12,984 nt of DNA from Elusimicrobiota bacterium (GTDB lineage Bacteria; Elusimicrobiota; Elusimicrobia; UBA1565), in the NCBI GenBank assembly GCA_043827405.1, contig JBDRPD010000055.1:1-12984 (forward strand). The letters run 5' to 3'. Shown here piece by piece: positions 6,624-12,984 of this stretch; within the stretch, counting starts at the first letter, position 1; the number at the start of each line of letters is the position of its first letter. The notes under the pieces are model-generated. The model saw nothing but the letters and a program-made list of their open reading frames with translations. It was not told the DNA's origin and made no database searches. A program made the translations under genes and the position numbers.

Positions 6624-8159
6624 CTATCGAATTTCATGCCGGCGAATCCAATCCTCGGGGAAGGCGCCGCGCCGCGCATAGAGGACCGCCTGCCGGTCGC
6701 GGTAGACCAGCGCCCAGCGCCGGGAGGGATAGTAGACGGGCTGGTAGGGTATGCGGATAACGCGGGTTTCCTCTTCCTTGAACTGGGCGGGAATCTGCAC
6801 GGTCTCGCGGTTGTTGCGCACCAGCAGCCATTCGATATCGTGGGCGCCCAGGAAATTCTGCCAGGCCACCGGGCTTTCGTGAGCCTGCGCGATTTTGTCC
6901 AGGAAAGGATGGAATATGTAGCGGCCGTCCATGAAGACGCGTATTTCGGGATGGAAGCGGTACGACAGGTAGCCGCCCCAGCCCCATTGGTTGAAGATGC
7001 GCCGCTTGCGCAGCGTCGGCAGCTCGCGCTCGATAAAATCCGCGGCGCCGACCGGCTGCAGGCCGATGGCATAGGCCCCGTAGCGGAGCAGTTCGGGATT
7101 GGCATAATGCCCGACGTAGGCCAGGTAGCTCAAAACGAAGAGGATGAGCAGGAACCGGCCGAGCCGCAGGTGCATCCGCCGCAGCCAGGTCGCGACCGGC
7201 CGCGCCGCGTCGGCCAGTATCATTAGGCCCACGGGAATCAGGAAGGCTTTATTTCGCGAGTGCAGCAGGAATAGGGCGCAAAAGACGGCGGCCGCGCCGA
7301 GATGCGAGGCGGGCGGCCGCCGGCCCCAGGAAACCTGGGTGATCATGGCCGCCGCCGCCGCCGCGATCAGCAGCCAGGTCGGAATATCGTAGGGATTGTC
7401 GAAGCGGGGCGGCTGCCACTCGAAGATGAAGCGGGAAATAGCCGGCATGGCCCGTCCATGCTCCCACAGGACCTGATAGATCCCGCTGCCGTAGGGATTA
7501 AGCAGAGTCCCAAGAACCGCCGCGGTGATGAGCGCCGCGTTTTCGCGCCGGGTTTCCCGCGGGCGTTCGAGCCCATAGGCGGCGAGCAGAATGAGGCCCG
7601 ATACGAAGGCGGGATGGAGGTTGGCCCAGAAAGCGAAATACAGGAAGGCGCCGGCGGCCGCGAAAGCCGGATGCGGCGCTTTGATTCGACCAAGCCGCCG
7701 TGCCTCGAGCAGCCACAGCTGGATGGTGAACAGGATGATGGAGAAGGTTTCGGGCTTAAGGTCCGAGCGGGCCAGCATCAGGGCGCCCCAGAACAGGAGC
7801 AGCGCCGCGCGCTGCGGCCGGCTGAGGCGGTAGAGCTCGGCCAGCGCCCATACCGGCAGGGCGGACATGACGAGCATCGCGGCTTTCAGCGCCAGCAGGC
7901 CGGGGAAGCCCGCGGCGGAATGGATGCCGTAATAGATGAGCTGAATCAGCCATTCGAAGTCGATCCAGGGCGTGCCCAGGAGCGTGTAGGAGAAGAAGTC
8001 GGCGCGCGGCAACACGCCGCTTTGGAGGATCATCTCGGCGGACTTCAGATGCCAGAAGATATCGGGGTTGCCGATGGGGTGCAGCAGCACCGGCAGCAGG
8101 AGCAGCCAGGCCGCGACGTCCCACCGGCGGTCGGGTTGAGCGGCGCGCGCGGAATCCAT
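6624..8159 (-). CDS. Multi-pass membrane protein, putative GT-C-fold glycosyltransferase (511 aa)
   Basis: Acidic first-loop motif NPDIFWHL, then DFFSYT, WIDFEWL, WANLH, LLNPYG, IFEWQPP, and a soluble C-terminus with FNQWGWGGYL and VFMDGR. Many hydrophobic segments. The CDS is secure. The GT-C function is inferred from topology. Confidence 0.7.
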   Translation of the reverse strand: MDSARAAQPDRRWDVAAWLLLLPVLLHPIGNPDIFWHLKSAEMILQSGVLPRADFFSYTLLGTPWIDFEWLIQLIYYGIHSAAGFPGLLALKAAMLVMSALPVWALAELYRLSRPQRAALLLFWGALMLARSDLKPETFSIILFTIQLWLLEARRLGRIKAPHPAFAAAGAFLYFAFWANLHPAFVSGLILLAAYGLERPRETRRENAALITAAVLGTLLNPYGSGIYQVLWEHGRAMPAISRFIFEWQPPRFDNPYDIPTWLLIAAAAAAMITQVSWGRRPPASHLGAAAVFCALFLLHSRNKAFLIPVGLMILADAARPVATWLRRMHLRLGRFLLILFVLSYLAYVGHYANPELLRYGAYAIGLQPVGAADFIERELPTLRKRRIFNQWGWGGYLSYRFHPEIRVFMDGRYIFHPFLDKIAQAHESPVAWQNFLGAHDIEWLLVRNNRETVQIPAQFKEEETRVIRIPYQPVYYPSRRWALVYRDRQAVLYARRGAFPEDWIRRHEIR

Positions 8160-8170
8160 GAAAGCGGCTC

Positions 8171-8179
8171 AGTGTAGCA
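8171..8179 (-). promoter_or_regulatory. Extended -10 box TGcTACACT for the 511-aa gene
   Basis: Minus strand ATTTGCTACACT, 11 nt before ATG 8159. Shares the 10-mer ATTTGCTACA with the holB upstream box. No Shine-Dalgarno. Confidence 0.55.
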
Positions 8180-8211
8180 AATGGGCGGCGCACGCCGAGC
8201 GGGGCGGCAAA

Positions 8212-8220
8212 TGATACAAT
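8212..8220 (+). promoter_or_regulatory. Extended -10 box TGaTACAAT, putative leaderless promoter of the DUF1646-like gene
   Basis: TGATACAAT-tcgccgc-ATG: 7 nt from hexamer to ATG 8228. No Shine-Dalgarno. Confidence 0.62.
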
Positions 8221-8227
8221 TCGCCGC

Positions 8228-9271
8228 ATGTCGATGCTTCTTGGCATCATACTCTTCTGGTGCGTCGTGTGGGCGCTCATCGGCCCGCTCATCTCGCCCT
8301 GGATCGAAAAGCGTCTGGAGTGGTTTATTCTCGGCGTGGGCCTGCTCGCCGCGACCCTCAGCTGGTCGTGGAGCGAGGTCTTGATCGTCGAGGCGCTTAT
8401 GCGTCCGCTGAAGGTCTGCGGCGCCATCCTCGCCGGCTCGCTGCTGTTTTCCTTCTCGCACGACAATCTTACCGCCGGGGTCCAGCGCCTGGTGAAAAAG
8501 ACGGGGCTGCGCCCGGCGGTGGGGGTCTCGGTCCTCTTGGTCGGGGTGGCCGCCAGTTTTCTGACGACCGTGGTGGCGGTGCTGGTCCTGGTCGAACTCC
8601 TGGGCGCCATGCGGCTGGAGCGCAAGGCCGAGGTGGCGGTGGCGGTCCTGGGCTGCTTTGCGATCGGTCTCGGCGGCGGCGTCACGCCGATCGCCGGTCC
8701 GGTGCCGGCGATCGTGATGGCCAAGCTCGCCGGCGCGCCGTATGCGGTCGGGACGTCCTATCTCGTCTTGCTGATCGGGCCCTGGATTCTGCCGCCGATC
8801 CTCAGCCTGGCGATCGTCGCCGGGCTGCTTTTCGCCCAGCCCGCGCCGGGGCAGTACCGCCCGCCGGAAGAGGATCCGCTCAGTTTGTGGACGATCCTGC
8901 TGCTGACCGGTAAAATGTACGTTTTTATCGCCGGGCTGGTGCTGCTCGGCGGCGGGCTCGTGCCGCTCATCGACCGTTTCCTGATCGGAGCGTCGCCCTG
9001 GCTGCTTTACTGGATCAACTCGGTTTCGGCCGTGATCGACGGCGCGACCCTGGCCTCGGTGGAGATAAGCCCGCTAATGACCCAGGCGCAGATCCGCTAC
9101 ATCCTGATCGGCCTGCTGATCGCCGGCGGGGCGCTGGTGACCGGAAATGCCCCGAACCTGGTGGCGGCGCACAAGCTTAAGATCCCGCATCGTGAATGGG
9201 CGCGCGTCGGACTGCCGATCGGCGCGCTCCTGATGGTCTTCTACTTCCTGTCTCTTGTCGTCTGGTCCTGA
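8228..9271 (+). CDS. DUF1646-like putative cation/ion transporter membrane protein (347 aa)
   Basis: Very hydrophobic. Motifs IEKRLEWF, CFAIGLGGGVTPI, LYWINSVSAVIDGATLASVEISP, LLIAGG...GNAPN and KLKI...EWA resemble DUF1646 as I recall it. Confidence 0.75.
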   Translation: MSMLLGIILFWCVVWALIGPLISPWIEKRLEWFILGVGLLAATLSWSWSEVLIVEALMRPLKVCGAILAGSLLFSFSHDNLTAGVQRLVKKTGLRPAVGVSVLLVGVAASFLTTVVAVLVLVELLGAMRLERKAEVAVAVLGCFAIGLGGGVTPIAGPVPAIVMAKLAGAPYAVGTSYLVLLIGPWILPPILSLAIVAGLLFAQPAPGQYRPPEEDPLSLWTILLLTGKMYVFIAGLVLLGGGLVPLIDRFLIGASPWLLYWINSVSAVIDGATLASVEISPLMTQAQIRYILIGLLIAGGALVTGNAPNLVAAHKLKIPHREWARVGLPIGALLMVFYFLSLVVWS

Positions 9272-10893
9272 GCGGAGCGGTACAGGTAGAGATAGGCCGG
9301 ACCGAGGCGCAGGGGCGTCTCGTACGGCTCCTCCAGCGCCGCCGCCGCGCCGGCTTTGGGGGGAGTGAAGGATATCCGCGCGGCGCGCGGCTGCGTTTCG
9401 AGCCACTCCCATTCCCGGATTTCCTGCAGCGGCTTGGACCGCAGCAGCTTCGCCATCTCCTTCTCATAGGTCCAGTAAAGGTCCCAGTCGTGGCCGCCTT
9501 CGATCATGGCGGGTTCCGTTCCGGACGCTATCGCGCTGCGCCCCAGCCGCCACTTGGCTTGGTTCCAGGCGATATAGTCGGCCGTGCCGGCGATGCCGAT
9601 CATGACGCCGAGCGCGAGCACGCTCCAGGCGGCGCGGGCCGAAAAGCGTTCGCGCTGCGTGATCAGGCACAGGAGCCCGATAAGCGCCGGCAGCCCGTAG
9701 AGCGTATAGCGGTCGAAGTAGCGGGTCGTCAGCAGGGGAACGGCCAGCTGCAGCAGGGCGGCGAACGCCAGCAGCAGTACCGCGGGCTCGCGGCGGCGTT
9801 CGGTCAGCACGGAGCGCAACCGCGTTAGCAGCGCCCAGCCGCCCAGCAAGGCAACGGCGGTCACGCCTTCCCAAAACAAGGGCCAGCCGAATATCCCGGC
9901 CGTCTTGTCGATCGTTCCGGCGAGGGTCGGAGTGCCCAGGCCGGTATCGTAGATAGAGTTCTCAAGGTAGGGGAATTTTCCGAAACCGGCGACCAGGCCG
10001 AGCGCCGCGATCCCATAAAGCGCCAGGGGCAGACCGGGACGCCGGCGCCGTGTTTTCCGCGGCCGGCTGAACGCCAGCCCGGCGAGAAGGGGCAGGAGAA
10101 AGAGCGCCAGGCACAGGAACATTCCGGCCGCATGCAGGGAGCCGTCCTTGAGCAGGGCGCAAGGGTCTCCCAGCAGGCGGAAAGCGCGCAGGTAGACGCC
10201 GTCCGCGGTGCCGGCCCAGGTCGGCCCGTGGATGAAGTGATACCAGAGCTGATGGCCCGCGAAGGCGGCGGCGAGCGGCGTCCAGGCAAGCAGCAGCGAA
10301 CCGCGGCGGAGCCGTCCGCCGCGCCACAGCGTCAAGGTCAGCGCCGCCGGCAGAAACAGCCCGAGCTGTTTGATGAGATAGGCGCCGGCCGCCGCGAGCG
10401 AGCCGTAAAGAATCCAGCGGCCGTTCTCGCCGCGCAGCGCGCGGAGGTAGAAAAACAGCGAGATGATCGAGAGGGTGAGATAGGGGATATCGGTCATGAA
10501 GGTGGCCGATAATGTCAGCAGGATCGGATTGCCGGCATAGGTCAGCGTTCCCAGCAGCGCCGTGCTCTCCGGCACGTTCTCTTCCACGAGCAGCCGCAGG
10601 AGGAACAGCGAGCCGGCGAAGTGCCACAGCAGCATGAGGACCTTGAGGCCGCCGATTCCGCCGCCCCAGACCTTGGTCCATAGGGCCCCGACGAGCACAT
10701 GCAGCACGTGGGTGGTCGGGCTGTCGCCGGTGAGCCGCAGGATATGCTCCTCGGCGAGCCGCAGCGTCGGGATGAGGTAGCTCCAATCGTCGTTGAGCGG
10801 GACGTCCGCCGTCCAGGGACGCAGCGCCGCCGCGAGCAATATGAAAGCCGCGGCCAACGGCCATTCCGGCCGCAGTCCCCTGCTAGCGGCCAC
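9241..10893 (-). CDS. GT-C superfamily (ArnT/PMT-like) membrane glycosyltransferase (550 aa)
   Basis: First-loop diacidic motif VPLNDDWSY, then FMTDIPY, AYLIKQ, YFDRY and C-terminal IEGGHDW. Many transmembrane segments. The GTG start overlaps the radical SAM gene by 11 nt. Confidence 0.82.
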   Translation of the reverse strand: MAASRGLRPEWPLAAAFILLAAALRPWTADVPLNDDWSYLIPTLRLAEEHILRLTGDSPTTHVLHVLVGALWTKVWGGGIGGLKVLMLLWHFAGSLFLLRLLVEENVPESTALLGTLTYAGNPILLTLSATFMTDIPYLTLSIISLFFYLRALRGENGRWILYGSLAAAGAYLIKQLGLFLPAALTLTLWRGGRLRRGSLLLAWTPLAAAFAGHQLWYHFIHGPTWAGTADGVYLRAFRLLGDPCALLKDGSLHAAGMFLCLALFLLPLLAGLAFSRPRKTRRRRPGLPLALYGIAALGLVAGFGKFPYLENSIYDTGLGTPTLAGTIDKTAGIFGWPLFWEGVTAVALLGGWALLTRLRSVLTERRREPAVLLLAFAALLQLAVPLLTTRYFDRYTLYGLPALIGLLCLITQRERFSARAAWSVLALGVMIGIAGTADYIAWNQAKWRLGRSAIASGTEPAMIEGGHDWDLYWTYEKEMAKLLRSKPLQEIREWEWLETQPRAARISFTPPKAGAAAALEEPYETPLRLGPAYLYLYRSAQDQTTRDRK

Positions 10894-11884
10894 GCAAGCC
10901 TCCGGCTGCCGCCGCGCGCAGCAGCGACAGCGCGGTCGTCAGCGGATGTGCGGCCATGGTCGCATAGGCGTTGCAGGTATTCCAGCAGCGGCGGCATCGC
11001 GGCGAGTGCCCGCCGCCCGGTTGGTCCAGGAAGAGGCAGCGCCTGATCTCGCCGTTGGGGTAGATGCTGACGGTGGACATCCCGGCGGCGCATGCCGGCC
11101 GCAGGTATGGGCCGGCGGCCAGCGCGAGAAAGGCCCGATTGAGAATGTCCTCGATGCCGCCGGCCTTGCGCCGCGCCAGGGTCGCGGCCGCGCCGCGCCG
11201 CTGTTCGCCGTCGAGAGCCGCGCCGGGTATGGCGGTTTCTCCGTAGTAGGTCCGGCTTTTATGAAAGAAGTCGAAGGTGTGATAGTCCTTGGCTGGAAAG
11301 GCCGCCGCGGTAGCGCCCAGTCCGGCGAGATTGAACCCGCCGATTGTCGTCGAAAATCCGAGGCGCAGGTTCGGGTGGCGTCGGCGGCGCTCCCGCAGCC
11401 GCGCGAAAAGCTCCTCGACTTTGGCGTAGTTTCCCGGGACGCCGCGGACTTCGTCATGCTCTGTCCCCGTTCCGTCCAGGGATATGGATATGCGCAGGGG
11501 CAGGCGCGGATGCGCCGCCAGGACTTTATCCGCGAGCTCGGTATCTTTCGCGGGATGCAGCGCGTTGGTCGTATAGTGCATGATGCAGAGCCGCGGCAGA
11601 AGTTCGACCGCGGAAAGCATGATGCGGTTCAGGTCCGGCTTGAGCGTCGGCTGGCCGCCGGTGAAGCTGACGATGCCGATCGCCTTCCCGAATCCCTGGA
11701 ACATGCGCCGGTAGTCCGGCAGGCGCAGCTCTTCACGACGGTCCCGCCGGGCCCATATCCCGCAGTGACGGCAGCGCGAGTCGCACTTCCAGGTAAGGTG
11801 AATATTGAGCAGGTAGGGCTCGCCGGTTAGACGCGAACGCGCGCTATGCGTCGCCAGCTTGAGCGCCAGGCCGAAAGCGCTCAT
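10883..11884 (-). CDS. Radical SAM enzyme with a short SPASM/twitch-like C-terminal domain (333 aa)
   Basis: CDSRCRHC (CxxxCxxC), FTGGQP, TTNA, ISLDG and HDEVRGVPG. C-terminal CAAG...IYPNGEIRRC...CRRCWNTC. Start moved to ATG 11884, which gives an ATGA overlap with the GT2 stop. Confidence 0.9.
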   Translation of the reverse strand: MSAFGLALKLATHSARSRLTGEPYLLNIHLTWKCDSRCRHCGIWARRDRREELRLPDYRRMFQGFGKAIGIVSFTGGQPTLKPDLNRIMLSAVELLPRLCIMHYTTNALHPAKDTELADKVLAAHPRLPLRISISLDGTGTEHDEVRGVPGNYAKVEELFARLRERRRRHPNLRLGFSTTIGGFNLAGLGATAAAFPAKDYHTFDFFHKSRTYYGETAIPGAALDGEQRRGAAATLARRKAGGIEDILNRAFLALAAGPYLRPACAAGMSTVSIYPNGEIRRCLFLDQPGGGHSPRCRRCWNTCNAYATMAAHPLTTALSLLRAAAAGGLRGR

Positions 11885-12573
11885 AGAGCGCTCCGGTACA
11901 GGCGCAGCAGGTCCCCTATGCCGTGCAGAATCTCGCGCAGGCCGAAGATGCGCGAGGTCCCCGCCATGCGCGGGACGAAGGTGCGGGGACATTGGCCGAT
12001 GTCATGCCCTTTGCCTTTGGCGCGCAGGAGCAGTTCGGCGCTCACCGTTACGCCGTCGGAGATCAGCTCCGCTTCATCGACGATGCCCCTCTTGAGCATG
12101 ATCACCGAACCCGCATCGCGTATTTTTAGATCGAACAGCAGGCTGAGGAGGAAGTTGTATCCCGCCGAGACGCAGCGGCGTGCGAGGGAATAGTCGCGGC
12201 GCTGCCGCCAGCTGGCCACTACCGTATGCCGCGGGACCAGTTCGAGAAACCGTTCCAGGTCGGGGACGAGAAACTGGCCGTCTCCTTCGATCCAGATTAC
12301 GTAGGCGCAACGCGCCTCACGGTAGCCGGTCTTCGCGGCCCGCGGCAGTCCGCGGTTCTCCGCATGCGTGATCGCGCGGACGGCCGGATGCCCGGCCGCC
12401 AGGCGCGAGCAGATCGCGGCGGTCCCGTCGCGGCTGCCGTCGTCGACTATGATGATTTCAAATTTCTCGACGCGCCCCGGGAGGTAGGCCAGCAGGTCTA
12501 AGACGACGCGCTCCAGGGCGGCTTCCTCGTCGTAGGCCAGCACCACGACGGACAGCGATATCCCCCGCTTCAC
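11881..12573 (-). CDS. Glycosyltransferase family 2, polyprenol-phosphate glycosyltransferase (DPM synthase-like, 230 aa)
   Basis: LSVVVLAYDEE, IIIVDDGSRDGT, NRG, IEGDGQF at the DxD position, and C-terminal R-x-x-G-x-S. GTGA overlap with the upstream stop. Confidence 0.9.
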   Translation of the reverse strand: MKRGISLSVVVLAYDEEAALERVVLDLLAYLPGRVEKFEIIIVDDGSRDGTAAICSRLAAGHPAVRAITHAENRGLPRAAKTGYREARCAYVIWIEGDGQFLVPDLERFLELVPRHTVVASWRQRRDYSLARRCVSAGYNFLLSLLFDLKIRDAGSVIMLKRGIVDEAELISDGVTVSAELLLRAKGKGHDIGQCPRTFVPRMAGTSRIFGLREILHGIGDLLRLYRSAL

Positions 12574-12984
12574 GATGGATCCTCGAGGCCGTTTCTTAGA
12601 TATATGCGCAGGCCGGATATGGTCGCGGCCGGCCGGTAGCGCTTTCCGAGGACGGCGGAGAAGAAGGTCTCGGCGCTGGCCAGATGCCGGCTGCCCGGAT
12701 TGATGACGACCGCGGTCGGCGGGTCGGCTAGGAACTCGCGTCTCTTTAGTTCTTCGGTCGCGGCATCATGCGTATGCTCGGCGAACATGTCGATGTACAT
12801 GTAGATGCCGTTGCACGATAGACGCTCGGCGAGATAGAAGATGTCCAGGTTCTCGGCCTTGTACACGAAAATCCGGTCTTGCGGACGGGTATGCGCCCGC
12901 ACATAGTCGGCCGCCGCCTGCGACTGCGCGACCTGGGGCGTTCGCCAGCCGGCCGCGGATAGGGAGGCCAGCCGGCCGGCGGCA
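12570..12984 (-). CDS. 3' part of a longer gene, resembling the soluble C-terminal domain of GT-C/ArnT-like membrane proteins
   Basis: The frame stays open from the right edge (AAGRLASLSAAGWRTPQVAQSQAAADYVRAHTRPQDRIFVY...IFYLAER...PPTAVV). The AADYVRAHT-x-P-x-DRIFV...FYLA pattern is typical of such C-terminal domains. Its stop overlaps the GT2 start. Confidence 0.65.
   Translation of the reverse strand, partial: AAGRLASLSAAGWRTPQVAQSQAAADYVRAHTRPQDRIFVYKAENLDIFYLAERLSCNGIYMYIDMFAEHTHDAATEELKRREFLADPPTAVVINPGSRHLASAETFFSAVLGKRYRPAATISGLRIYLRNGLEDPS

Noticed and set aside
7756..8724. 322-aa minus-strand ORF spanning the divergent promoter
   Set aside because: Thr/Arg/Pro-rich composition typical of the reverse of a hydrophobic gene. 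Conflicts with two well-supported CDSs.
10793..11830. 345-aa plus-strand ORF
   Set aside because: Antisense to the radical SAM gene, which has all the expected motifs.
10883..11884. Radical SAM as a RiPP maturase
   Set aside because: No credible short precursor ORF (the neighbouring genes overlap it), no RRE/PqqD-like domain, and the context is glycosyltransferases.
11885..11992. N-terminal extension of the radical SAM ORF
   Set aside because: Lies inside the GT2 gene. ATG 11884 gives an ATGA junction.
1..12984. CRISPR arrays, IS ends, riboswitch or T-box leader for metG, intrinsic terminators
   Set aside because: No regularly spaced repeats or terminal inverted repeats seen. Intergenic gaps are under 100 nt and metG overlaps holB, so there is no room for a leader. 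No strong hairpin plus U-tract found.

Overview
GC-rich bacterial chromosomal window with very tight gene packing and no CRISPR array, integrase, transposase or rRNA. From left to right: (1) the 5' end of a Schlafen/AlbA_2-domain gene on the minus strand, which runs off the left edge and is missing from the ORF track; (2) tRNA-Leu(UAA) with no encoded CCA, sitting directly in front of psd-pssA (phosphatidylethanolamine synthesis); (3) a convergent minus-strand run, read in its own direction as 511-aa GT-C-like membrane protein, 142-aa hypothetical, tmk, holB, metG, M48 lipoprotein peptidase and LssY_C protein; (4) a divergent DUF1646-like transporter; (5) a minus-strand, overlap-coupled glycosylation cassette (partial GT-C-like, GT2, radical SAM with a miniature SPASM-like tail, GT-C). 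The most notable signals are the radical SAM enzyme inside a lipid-carrier glycosylation cassette, recurring extended -10 boxes placed for leaderless or near-leaderless transcription, a tRNA 3' end that overlaps the psd Shine-Dalgarno, a probable CTG start for tmk, and the only two TTA codons I could find both lying in the glycosylation cassette. All family calls come from motif recognition by eye. No searches were run.
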